Source: Marsupella aquatica (taxonomy: Eukaryota; Plantae; Marchantiophyta). From it: DNA of 64,000 bases. Positions within the stretch are counted from its first letter, which is position 1. Each line of letters begins with the position of its first letter. The stretch is taken from NCBI GenBank assembly GCA_973895155.1, contig OZ316894.1, positions 438,089 through 502,088 of the forward strand. Reading direction: 5' to 3'. This document shows, piece after piece, positions 23,748 to 34,212 of this stretch. The notes under the pieces were generated by a model. The model worked only from the letters and a program-made list of their open reading frames with translations. It was not told the DNA's origin and did no database searches. A program made the translations under genes and the position numbers.

Positions 23748-26153
23748 TGTCACGTCGTAGGCTTCGGCCTTAACTCAGACTTCAGCTTAGACGGGCACAT
23801 CCCTCGTAAATCTGAGGGTTCGGGCAGGAAGGGAAGCACGTAATGCACCTTATTCTCGTAAACTAGCGCTAAGTGCGCATACTGCTAAATACGGACACCT
23901 CCTAGGTATGGTTTGTGTTCCGCCGCCGGAACGTACCTTAGTCGATAGCAGGATCGACCCCGGCTTAAGGGCTTCTAAGCCTTCGTGCTGTCCGCCTTCG
24001 ATCCGGATTCGATGATACAGGTCCTCAACCCGTGCTCGCAACCACTTACCCGCAGGCTGCACCCTGTGCACATCTCGGGTAGTGCGTTCGGCCCGGCGCT
24101 GCCACCCATATACGAGAAACCCACACACATATGCGCACACATGCATACAATCTCGATTTACACGAAGGAAAAATGATGGGAAAGGATTTTACTACAAAGG
24201 GAACATATGCGTACACTTAGTTGACACGACAGCCCTGGAATGCACAGGTTCAAGGCCAAGGGTGCACACTACAACGGAGCCCGGCTCCGCACTCGCCCGG
24301 CGAGCTTAGTCCTACCCCCTCCCCTTGGTACTCTGTCATTCCCAGAGGTCGGGACTCCCCGCATGTCCCGCGGATGTCCGACTCTGAAACTAAAACCCCC
24401 CCCCTTGCCTCTACCGAGGGGTGCACTAAATACTAAGAGCCGAGGAACGGGGTGTCCTCCCGCCGAAGATTCGCTGACCAAGGTCCTAACTAAGCTGACA
24501 GTCAGGCCGGAAAACGGCTGTGTCTTATTAGAAGATCCTAATCTACGCAGGCTGGACAGCAGGGCAGCGCTGTACCTAAGGCAGGTGCCTGTCCCAAGAG
24601 CCTGACTAAGCCAATCCTAATCCTAATCTATTCCTACTCCGCCGCTAATGCCTGGCACGCTTGCCAGAGCCGCCCGAATGGGAACGGCCATCCCGCTGCC
24701 TTCGAAGCCTGTCATTGTCCGCTTTGAGGAGCTGGACCTGGTCCAGCAGAGATTCGTTCTCTCGCCTCGCCGCGTCCGTCTCCTCTGCTGCCTCCTGACA
24801 TGCCTCCTCCAGCTGCTGGGCGTCGCTCGTCAGTTTACTCGCCAGCTGGTCCTGCTTCTCGGCCTCGGTTTGGAGCCGCGCCATCTCGGCCTGCAGAGTG
24901 GCTATCTCCGTCGCGTCCCGCTGGGCTCGCTCCTCGGCCTCCTCCAGGTCTTTCTGCCAGGTGACAGCTTGTTTCTTCAAACTGTCAATCTGGTTCCGGA
25001 GTCGTGTAATCTCGGCCTCGTTCCCAGCTTTGGCCTGTTTGGCTAGGGCGGTAAGAGTGTACGCCTTTGCTAACAACTCATCGGCGGCTGCAACCTTGGG
25101 TTGTAGTTGCAGAAGCTCAGCCTCTTGAGCCGCCACTTCGTTCTTTAGGTACACGGACTCCACCCGGTACCGCTCTATCCTCTGAAGGGCCTCCGACTGG
25201 GCCCGACCTGCCTTTACGGCGGCAACCAACTCCTGATTGAAGAAACAGGCTACCTTCCGGGCCATGAACTCCCCGGTATCCCGGGCAATTTGATGAGAGA
25301 AATCTCCCAGAAGCCCGTTCAGAAACGTACCCTGTACGAAGAGTTCCGGGTGGTCCAAGTTGTGCCTGTCCGGATTTGGGCACGGGCAGACATCAACACG
25401 CGCAGGGGCCGGGGCAGTGACGTCCAGCCCTGGGGACATAACGTTGGAAGGGGCCGGAGTGTCCTCCTGCAGCGATGTCCGGTTCTCCGGAATTGCCACC
25501 GGCGGGTCCTTGGGAGACCCGGGTTCGGGTAAGACCTATGCCGTACCAACTTATGTACTTAGCCTGGCTAGTTGGGTCGCATCAACGGTTGCGATGACCG
25601 ACCCCTCCGGCGCCTCCTCGGTTACGATTACAGCTATTTTTGGAGGTGGGGTGGGTGAAGCTGGCGTGTCCACTGGACTTCGGGCCTCGGGTTGGGGCCG
25701 TCTCTCCAATGCCGGAAAAACCCACCTAGCTGGGACCAGCTTTGTAACGTTGATGCGGGGAAGGGTTCGTCGATCAAACCGGGCGTACCATGTGACGGGT
25801 ACCCCGTCACGGGAAGTCACACATAACTGGTTGCAAAGGCCGATACCTTGTTAATAGTCAATGTAAATAAGCCATTTTTTAATTTTTAGTTAATTCCGTC
25901 ATTATAGGTTGATGATGCCCCAGGTGACTTTATATTCTTTCTCTCATAATAGTTCTAAGATTTGCGGCGACCTAAGTGGGCAAATATTTTGGGACCTTGA
26001 AACTAGCCAGGACCAGCCCCATAGGACTTACCGTTTTGCTTCAAGAGCTATTGTTGAGACCCCCATTGCAAAGTCAGGAGAGGGGGGGGTTTTTTTTTAA
26101 ATAAATCCCTCCTCAGGAGGGCGAGTCCCATTAGTGGCCGTCCGAGAGAAAGA

Positions 26154-26527
26154 GGGGCTGCCTCGCGAGCCCATAGGGCTGCGTGCCCGGGCGATTAATG
26201 GGGCTCCGCGAGCTGAAGGGGCTGCCTCGCGAGCCCATAGGGCTGCGTGCCCGGGCAATTAATGAGGCTCCGCGAGCTGAAGGAGCGCAAGCGAGCGGGG
26301 GGGGGGGGGAGTTAAAGGGCCTCCCGCAAGCTGGGAGGATCACGCGAGCGGGGGGGAGTTAAAGGGCCTCCCGCGAGCTGGGAGGATCACGCGAGCGGGG
26401 GGGAGTTAAAGGGCCTCCCGCGAGCTGGGAGGATCACGCGAGCGGGGGGGAGTTAAAGGGCCTCCCGCGAGCTGGGAGGATCACGCGAGCGGGGGGGAGT
26501 TGAAGGGCCTCCCGCGAGCCGGGAGGA
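26154..26527 (+). repeat. GC-rich tandem repeats in the 5' part of unit D (~63 bp x2, then ~47 bp x5)
   Basis: Unit GCGAGCG7-8AGTTAAAGGGCCTCCCGCGAGCTGGGAGGATCAC at 26291-26527. Confidence 0.9.
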
Positions 26528-26949
26528 ATGGCCGCGCGCCCTGCATAGGGCCGCGCGCAGGAGGACGCAAGGGTAAGGCCCGAGAAATGGGCCGGGGCGC
26601 ATGGCGAAGGCGCCAGGAGTTTTTTCGGTTCTATTTTTTTTCCTTCCTTTTTCTTTCCCTCTTCCTTTTGCACGACCCTCTCATTGCCGAAAGCAAAAAC
26701 GGGGTTCTTCTCTCTCTTGCCGGAAGCTCTCTCCAGATTCTAATTATTTTTGAAGCTCTCTCTTTCATGGTGGATTAGTGGGGCTTGCTGGCGTCATTCT
26801 TCCAGGCATTAGTGGCGGCCGCACGGAGTAGTGACGGGAAATTGAGAGAATTTAAGTGATCGGGCTACGGGGGCTGTTTCGGGCCAGGGAATTGACATTG
26901 CCACGGGTGACGGGATTGGTGATTGAGAAATTGATTTCGGGATGCATGG

Positions 26950-28806
26950 ATGCTAGATCAACCAGAGTTTAGTGCGTCACGCATTCGGAGATACAAGGCT
27001 GCTTACCGTGACTACGTGGAGACTCGGATTACACGGGAAAGGGAAGAGAGAGAAGTTATGATGAGCACGGGATTGGCAGCGGGTTCCTCACCGGTGGGTA
27101 GGAAGATTTTTCGTCGAATTTATCCCAAGACCTCCACCAAGGTGATGGAGGATTGTCGGAACATTTTCCAAGCCACCGGGCTTACAGAATTCATGAAGGT
27201 GGAGATTACCATCCCTTCAGGGAAGAGCTGGGACATTGAGGCCGGGATGGAGTTCCGAACGGAGGGAATCTACTTTGAATGTCTCAAACGTGTAGTGCCC
27301 CATGTGGAGTTGGCTAAGCTATTGTTTCTTGAGAATCAGAAATTCTCATTCACACCTCGGAATATCAGGGGAGAACTCACGTTGAAAATGGTGGCCACTT
27401 GGGTGACCAATCCTACCTCCACCACCGCCATCCCTCTTTCTGCTGTCAAGCATGTTGAGTATAAGGGCTTCCTGGCCAAGGTGCATCAACGGGTTCTTGG
27501 CAACGTGCAATCCGGAGTGCTGAATGAGGAGCATTTCGTGGTAGCTATGGACATCAAGAACTACCCAGCCCATGTGTACGGATGGTGGTGCTACGGATTG
27601 AAGAAGCTATTGGCCGCTGAGCCCGGGAGTGTGAAACCAGGTGGGGCTGTACATTTGATGGGGTCATTTGTATTGGCCAGGGCAGAAGGGTTGATTGGTT
27701 CTCCGGGGCATGAAGACACGGGATCATCTCTCACCACGGAGATCCGGAGTATTGCCACTACCGTTTTAGGGAAGCTCACGGAGGAATCATTGTCTGCTGG
27801 TGGGGAGGATAATAGAGAAGAAGAGAACCAGGAGGATGATTGCACATTGGAGTGGCTTGAATCACTCGTGGGAGATCCGAAACAGCCTCTGGAATACAAC
27901 ATTCCGGATGTTTACTTGGCAGAGCTACGGGATTTCAGAGAGGGAGTCCACGAGGGACTCAAGCTAGTCCACGCATTGAGGGAGTCTCTCAAGCACGCCA
28001 CAGTCAAAGTAGAGACGTTAGAGCAGAGCATCCTGTCACTGAAGGAGGTGATCAAGACCAAGGAGCAGACCATTCATGAGAAGGTCAGGCACATCAATGC
28101 AGCTCACGTAGAGATCACCAACTTGAAGGGAGCTTTGTCCACCAAGGCCAAGGAAGCAGAAGAAGTAGGAGCGTTGAGGCAAGCATTGGCCAAAGAGAAG
28201 CAAAATTCTGGAGAAGTGATGGAGTGGAGGAACCAGGTGGGAGCACTACGGAGTCAGGTGGCAGCCTTTGAGACACGAGCGAAGAGAAGTGAGGCCCTGA
28301 GTCTAGGGAAACGGAAGAGTCCCGGCACACCTGGCTCCACACTTTCCCCGGATGTGATCTCCCAAGCTATCGAGATGGTGGTGAAGGAGGTTAGTGGGAA
28401 GTATGGACCCTTGTTGGATGGAGCCAAGAAGAGTCAGGAGAAGAGTAAGAGCTTGGAGAAGAAGCTCCGGGAGGTACGGAAATCGTTACGGGAGGCTCAG
28501 GTCAGTACGGGGATGCCACCCAGGTCTGACACCCCCGGGACTCCCATGGCCACGGGGCAAGTTCTACCGTTGGAGTTGCGGTCCGGAGAAGAGGCTACCC
28601 TCTGGAAGGACACAATTGGTGAGGGGTACATCAAGGCGTGGCAGGCCTTGGCTGCTTTGAGGAAGCGCGGGAGCAGCAGCACTAAGAGTACTCCGTCGAA
28701 GAAGAAGAAAAGTACGGTGGCACTCACTCCCGTGAGTGATGAGGAGGAGGACCACTCACGGGGCACAAGTCCGGGCACCGAGAGCGAAGAAGAAGAGGAG
28801 GATTAG
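26950..28806 (+). CDS. Family D LTR-encoded protein, 618 aa, intact (globular N-terminal half, coiled coil, basic/acidic tail)
   Basis: ATG-initiated uninterrupted ORF; FQATGLTEFMKV resembles family A MAGSGLEAFVRL; coiled coil ~27950-28500; KKKKS and EEEEED tail. Confidence 0.8.
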   Translation: MLDQPEFSASRIRRYKAAYRDYVETRITREREEREVMMSTGLAAGSSPVGRKIFRRIYPKTSTKVMEDCRNIFQATGLTEFMKVEITIPSGKSWDIEAGMEFRTEGIYFECLKRVVPHVELAKLLFLENQKFSFTPRNIRGELTLKMVATWVTNPTSTTAIPLSAVKHVEYKGFLAKVHQRVLGNVQSGVLNEEHFVVAMDIKNYPAHVYGWWCYGLKKLLAAEPGSVKPGGAVHLMGSFVLARAEGLIGSPGHEDTGSSLTTEIRSIATTVLGKLTEESLSAGGEDNREEENQEDDCTLEWLESLVGDPKQPLEYNIPDVYLAELRDFREGVHEGLKLVHALRESLKHATVKVETLEQSILSLKEVIKTKEQTIHEKVRHINAAHVEITNLKGALSTKAKEAEEVGALRQALAKEKQNSGEVMEWRNQVGALRSQVAAFETRAKRSEALSLGKRKSPGTPGSTLSPDVISQAIEMVVKEVSGKYGPLLDGAKKSQEKSKSLEKKLREVRKSLREAQVSTGMPPRSDTPGTPMATGQVLPLELRSGEEATLWKDTIGEGYIKAWQALAALRKRGSSSTKSTPSKKKKSTVALTPVSDEEEDHSRGTSPGTESEEEEED

Positions 28807-31800
28807 ATAGGCGTACGGACGTGGGTGTACGGCCTCCAGATTTCCAACATTTTAGTGGGGGGTCACTCATGGGCTTGTTGGGATGAGCTCGCGGAGCTGA
28901 TTCCAACAAGAGGCGGCGCTCCTCAAACGGAGCCAGGATGAGCAAGTTATGGCCTGGAGAACTTATGTTTTTGCGGTACGGAAACGGCCATAACTCAGGC
29001 GTCTGAAGTCCGTTGAGGGAGCGACTTAGTGATTCGGAAGCAGGAAAAGAAGAGCTATCCAGGGGTGAGCTCAGGTGTGCACTTGGAAGGGCACCTAGTT
29101 TCGGCCATTTTGGGGTGCCTCTCACTTTCAGGGTTCACGTGTACTGTTGGGGCGCCGTCGAAGGCACCGTCGGCCCCCTTGTTTTGGGTTTAGGGTTTTA
29201 GCAGCATGTGTGTGCCGCATGCTCCTCTTCAGTTTAAGGATTTCTCTTAGTGCAAGGTTTTAGCGGCGCCGCTAGGGTAGCCGCCACCGTTGTGACCCTG
29301 TGAGGGGTGCTTTGGTGTGATTTTTCAGTATTTAGGGGGATAGCCCCGAAGTAGTTAGGGGGACTCAGTGTGAAGTTAGCAAGGAGGGATAGAGTGGAGC
29401 CTGAGGAGTTTGAAAGCGTGTTCAGAGTAGTGAGGGGGAGCCATACTCATTGTCCGGAGAGGCAGGAGTTGAGTAGACGGCAGGAGGCCGGGTTACTCAT
29501 GCAATGTGTATCGTTTTTCCCAAGAGATATGGATCTGTACATTTGACTTGATGGGCTTTTGTTGTGTGTTCCTTCTCCCTTTTTCGCTTTCCGAATTGTG
29601 TTCTCCCGTTCTATGATTTGAAGAAACTTGCTTGGTTTGAGTCGGCCTTGTGAGTAGGGGTGGTGACAGCACTCTTTGGGTGACTCCGAGTGAAGGTGTA
29701 GTGGGGTAGTCGGCAGGACTTGATCAAAAGCTGTGGGGTGAGGGTAGTCGGTAGACTTGATCAAAACCTACATTTCCGGGAGCGGAAACCAAAATACTCA
29801 TCCTGGTGTGAAAAGAATCCAAATAGCGTCCCTCCACGACCCCGTAATACGATACCAACGGTTTAAGCGAAGAAAAGTGCGGTTTGCACGTATTAACCGT
29901 TGGAGAGGCAAGTGACATACCACTCAAGAATGATTTCGATGTGGCTAGCGAAATACGCCTTCCCGCCAATGTACAGCGTCTTCCTTCGCCGCTCCATCTC
30001 TTCATGGAATTTCTTAGCGAAGTACGACGCCCATTTCCTAGGTCGATAGTTCTCGACCTGGATGACCTGGGCGGCGGAGATCTCCCCCCGGGGTTCCATC
30101 ATGTGGAGAGCGTACCTCTGGAACTCCAGCCGCTCAGCTATCTCGGGCATGAGGCAGGTCCTCATCACGAACCCGTTGTCTACTGATCCCTCTGAGGGAA
30201 AACTTGAAGATTGGTACTTGGCCCCCTTGCCCCCGAGAGCCCGTGATTCGACTCGATGGTCACCTTCGGGTAACCCGAAGATCATCTTGAGCCGTTCTTC
30301 TGTGAGGGACATATTCCTTCCCCGCAGCCGAGTCTGTTGACGTACGTCGTCATAATTCTTGACGAATTCTGTCATGTCCTCCCCGTAGTACCTGCAAGTG
30401 TTCCAGGGGAGAGAGGCGAGGTGCTCAAATCCCTGAGTCTTCAGGTACACCGCATACTTGGGATGGAGGATGTTGCTGTGAACGTTTTCCCCCATGCGAT
30501 GCATCGTTACCTTGGCTACGGCTACCGTGGCCAACGGTAACCCGGATGCACTGGCGGATTCCTTCCTCTTCTTTCCCCGTGACTGACTCGGGGAAGGTGA
30601 TACTTCCCCATCCTCCCGATCGGGCCTGGGGAGTGCCACTGCGGTTGGTAACGGGCCCGGGGCGGCCACGGTCACCATGTTGTCTGCTGGGGCCGCTCCT
30701 GGGGTTAGAGCAGGGGGTGGGGACGATATAGTGTCGGCCCCCCGAGCGCTTGTTCCTCTGGGCCGCCTGGTCAAGGGTGGGGTAGCCTCGTCGTCATCGC
30801 TAAGATCCACAGCGTTGATGACGGAGCGTACCTGTGCTGGCTGGGTGATAGGTGGTGGGGTTTGGCTAGGCTGCGGCTGAGGCTGAAGCTGAAGCTGAGG
30901 TTGCATGGGCACGGGTACGGGTACGGGCCCGGCTGAGTTGGTCATGTTGGTTGATGGCCGAGTTCCCATGAAGCTCTGTAGGTGCTGGTAGAAGTTCTCC
31001 GAAGCGAGTGCGGACGCCCTTGTCGAACGGTTGGTACTGGACTCGCCGTTAATGATAGCCCGAACCTGGGCAGGGATGTGGTCGAAGTGATGTCGCTGCA
31101 GGTCGATTGTACCCGGGATATTGAAGACCTCATCCGGAAGCCGAAGCAATGCTTCCCAGAACCCGATATATTTGTCTCCGTTGAAGAAGTACCCAGATAC
31201 CTCAGCTGGTCGGTAAAGCTCGCTCTGAGACGGGTAGTCAAAGTTAAGGACGTAGTGGTGTCGTCCTGCTAGGCGGATGGCTCTCTCGTATTCGCGTTCG
31301 ATCTCGTATCGGCGCGGGTTGGCGTGTTTCAATTAATCGGCCAAGTGCCTTCCGGTAGATAGGAACTGCGTCCAAAATCGAATGGCCGAGCTGGAGAGGA
31401 TCGTGTGCGACATTCAGAGGAGATAGTAGTGGCGACCTAGAGAGAACGAGAGAGCTGGGGTCGAAGCTGGCGCGCGGACTGATGGACTGGTGCACTACAA
31501 AGGGTTGGCTCCCCTTTTATACTTTGAGGGCTTGTCGATCCCCGACGTCTCCTCGACGCCCATAGGTTGAACCGCTCACGCTTGTGGTGTACCGGCCACT
31601 CCGCCGGTCTGAGTCAGCGTGCGTCAGTGGCCGCTTCCTTAAGTTCGTTATACGGACCCGAGGGAGGGGCCCCTCCACGCTCGTAACCCGGGTGTGCGAA
31701 TAGTGACCCGCCGCCAGCCCGAACCTGAAGTCCCCCTTATTGCCTAATGATGTCCTACCCCTAATGATTACCTAAATACTATCGTTATGCTAATAATAGC

Positions 31801-32120
31801 GGCCTAAGACCCACCTAACGCGCGTGCCGAGCGCAGTTAGACTGAATCACTCATTAACCGCCGTACCGGTGGCGTCACAATTCACACAGGAGATCTTATA
31901 TTACTTTATGACAGTAGATATAGCAGGTTCCCAGGTAAACTTTACACTCGCTGGTTAGGACCCTTCAGGGTAAACATGAAGTTCTCCAATGGCTCCGTGC
32001 AATTGGCCAACATTACTGGAGAAATATACCCAGTTTATTCACTACAGCCGCCTCAAGAAATACTATATGGACGAAGATGAAGTTGTTCGCGAGGACGCTT
32101 CACAATTAAGTGGGGAGCTA

Positions 32121-33569
32121 TGTGATGCCTAGCCAGGAATCACTAGGCCAATTAAATGGTAAGGAGTGTACCTTGGAAACACCTTAGTATAGTAACAAAA
32201 AGATGGAAAATATAAACAATTAAGGGTGACTATGGAACCCGAGCCAAGGCTGGAAGTAAGGACACCGAGGGAGGGAACACGATTAGGGTTAGGGCACGCT
32301 AAGTGCCGGCGGCTATGGGTAACCAACGGGAAGGAAGACCAGGCAATGAGGGGGGTAAGGACCGATCGCAAGGAATGGTGGCTCATTTGCAAGCACGAAC
32401 TGAGCAGACGACTACGGGAGGCCAAATACTGTCAACTGCTTAGGCAAGCACTCTGGGCGGGAACAGATACCGACGATCAACTCAAGGAGGGTATGAGCAA
32501 CGTCAATCAAACGGCACATGTTTGGGGATGCCTGTTCGAACGGGCAACTGAGTACATTGGGACCTACAAAGACCAAGAATCGGAGAGAGCAGCTCGACTG
32601 TGGGAGCTGCAGAAGTCTGCCTTCTTAGGAGGAGAACTCATCAAGGCTGAATTCCTCTGGACACCTACTGGCTACGAGCTGGACGACCTTCTGTTTTGCG
32701 AGAACAGAATCATCGGCATCCGGGAAGCCATCAACCGCTGCAACGACGTACACTGGGAGTTGAAGGGTAGCACAGAGGGGTGGATGAAGGCAACCATGCT
32801 AGGAGAAACATCCACGGCAGCCGCTATGAAGAGGAAAGGGAACAACAACGAAGAGGCCACCCCGGCAAAAAGAACGAGGTCGGCGGCACCAAGGAAGCCA
32901 GTTGAGCAGGGGAGCAAGAGGCAGGCAGAAGCCGAAGAGGAGGAGGCCGACCCCATCAATGTTGTTCCAACAAGAGATGACACCTGGAAAGGCTGGGCGG
33001 CGACCCTCTCCGAGGAAGTGCAATTACACTTTGCACGTGAAGAGGATGCATGCTTGACGGCTATGTAGACTCGGAAGTACCAGGGCTTCATGGCCGGATC
33101 CGGCTTGGAAGCCTTTGTGAAATTACCATGGCTGAAGCTGGAGGTGCCAGATTCAGACTTATTAGAATTCATGGGATCATGGGATCCCGAGACAAATTCC
33201 ATAAGAGTGTACGGGAAGGATTTCTATCTCACTCCCCGGGTGATTGCCGAAGCGTTTGGCTTGCCGATGGGCAATAAGACCAAAGTAGATACCAGGAAGA
33301 CCTTGCCTGACAAGGAGTTTTGGTCATTCCCAGGGCCATCAACGAAGAATGGCTTCTTCCGGAACACCTGCACCAACCCGCACATTGGGGAGATGATCGA
33401 CTTCTTGCGGGTAACCATGCATTGCAACTTGCCGAGGCCAGAGATTGGCAAGGCACAGGTTTACTTGGCGGAGAAGCCAGACCCCAAGCCGGGACTACAA
33501 CGGATACCTCCTCACCCAATTGAAGAAAATCTTGAAGGAGGAACAGCAGGTGATCGGCAAGGGAAGCGT
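32121..33569 (+). repeat. Truncated family A 3' LTR of copy A3, with disrupted ORF (32226-33569)
   Basis: Starts TGTGATGCCTAGCCAGGAATCACT after the PPT; ORF fragments 32226-33068 and 33090-33569 match the A1 protein. Confidence 0.9.
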
Positions 33570-33724
33570 TCATTGTGTTACTCCAATCCTTTTTCTTTTT
33601 ATCCCATTTCATTCACTCTTGCTTCGACTATGTGACTCTTTTTCATTCACACTAAACTAAATTTTATAGTGTGCATGCAAGGAGAGTGTACACACACATT
33701 CCCCCTTGGTACCCACCATTTTTT

Positions 33725-34212
33725 ACTTCACGACATCTTTGGAAAAATGACTTAGTTTTTCTGAACGACATCTTTTTACAGTTTAATTACATTACATCTT
33801 TCATTTAACGACATCTTGGGTACACATCAACTTTGCAGTTCACGACATTTGGGCATCACGACACCTTTTTTCTTAATGACAATCATCCTCTTTCTTAGTG
33901 ACATTTTGGGTGCCAAGACATCTTTTTTCTTAAGAACGTTGTGGGAGCGACACGACATCTTATTTCTTAGCGACATCTTGGGCAACACGACAAATTTCAT
34001 TTTTTCAAGACATAAAGATATCTTGGCTGACACAATAATATATGTTTTCTTAAAACCCTAAACCCTATTTAAACATCCTTTTTTTCATGACATCTTGGGC
34101 ACCAGGATACCTTGTTTCTTAATTAACAACATCTTGGGTGACATGATGTCTTTTTTCTTGTGACATATTGGGCGACATGACAACAACACATTGGGCGACA
34201 CGACATCTTGTT
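33725..34212 (+). repeat. Cluster of ~15 degenerate ACGACATCTT(GGG) motifs
   Basis: The motif recurs at irregular spacing (tens of bp) with T-rich linkers; resembles transposon subterminal repeats. Confidence 0.65.

Larger units (their letters stand above)
25791..29917 (+). mobile_element. Family D unit (4127 bp), apparent giant solo LTR
   Basis: TGTGAC...GTGACA termini; TSD TACCA at 25786-25790 and 29918-29922. The empty site with a single TACCA is visible in C3 at ~63325. Confidence 0.92.
24645..31413 (-). pseudogene. Family C LTR ORF (878 codons after removing unit D; three in-frame stops, no frameshift)
   Basis: ATG at 31413. Segments 31413-29923 plus 25790-24645 total 2637 nt. GFEHLASLPW...MTEFV...LKMIFGLP domain, C-terminal coiled coil, GKRARH end. 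Confidence 0.85.
23748..31879 (-). mobile_element. Family C unit C2 (~4.0 kb without the nested D unit), apparent giant solo LTR
   Basis: Minus-strand termini TGTGACGCC...CGACGTGACA; TSD ATTCA at 23743-23747 and 31880-31884 inside the A3 integrase. Confidence 0.92.
21415..33569 (+). mobile_element. Ty3/gypsy copy A3: RT-RH-IN plus truncated 3' LTR, interrupted by C2
   Basis: Pol at 21415-23747 resumes at 31885 after the ATTCA TSD. PPT then LTR from 32121; homology to A1 stops at ~33569. Confidence 0.9.

Noticed and set aside
33725-34212. Short repeats with variable linkers as a CRISPR-like array
   Set aside because: Repeats are only ~10-13 bp, degenerate and irregularly spaced, with low-complexity linkers.
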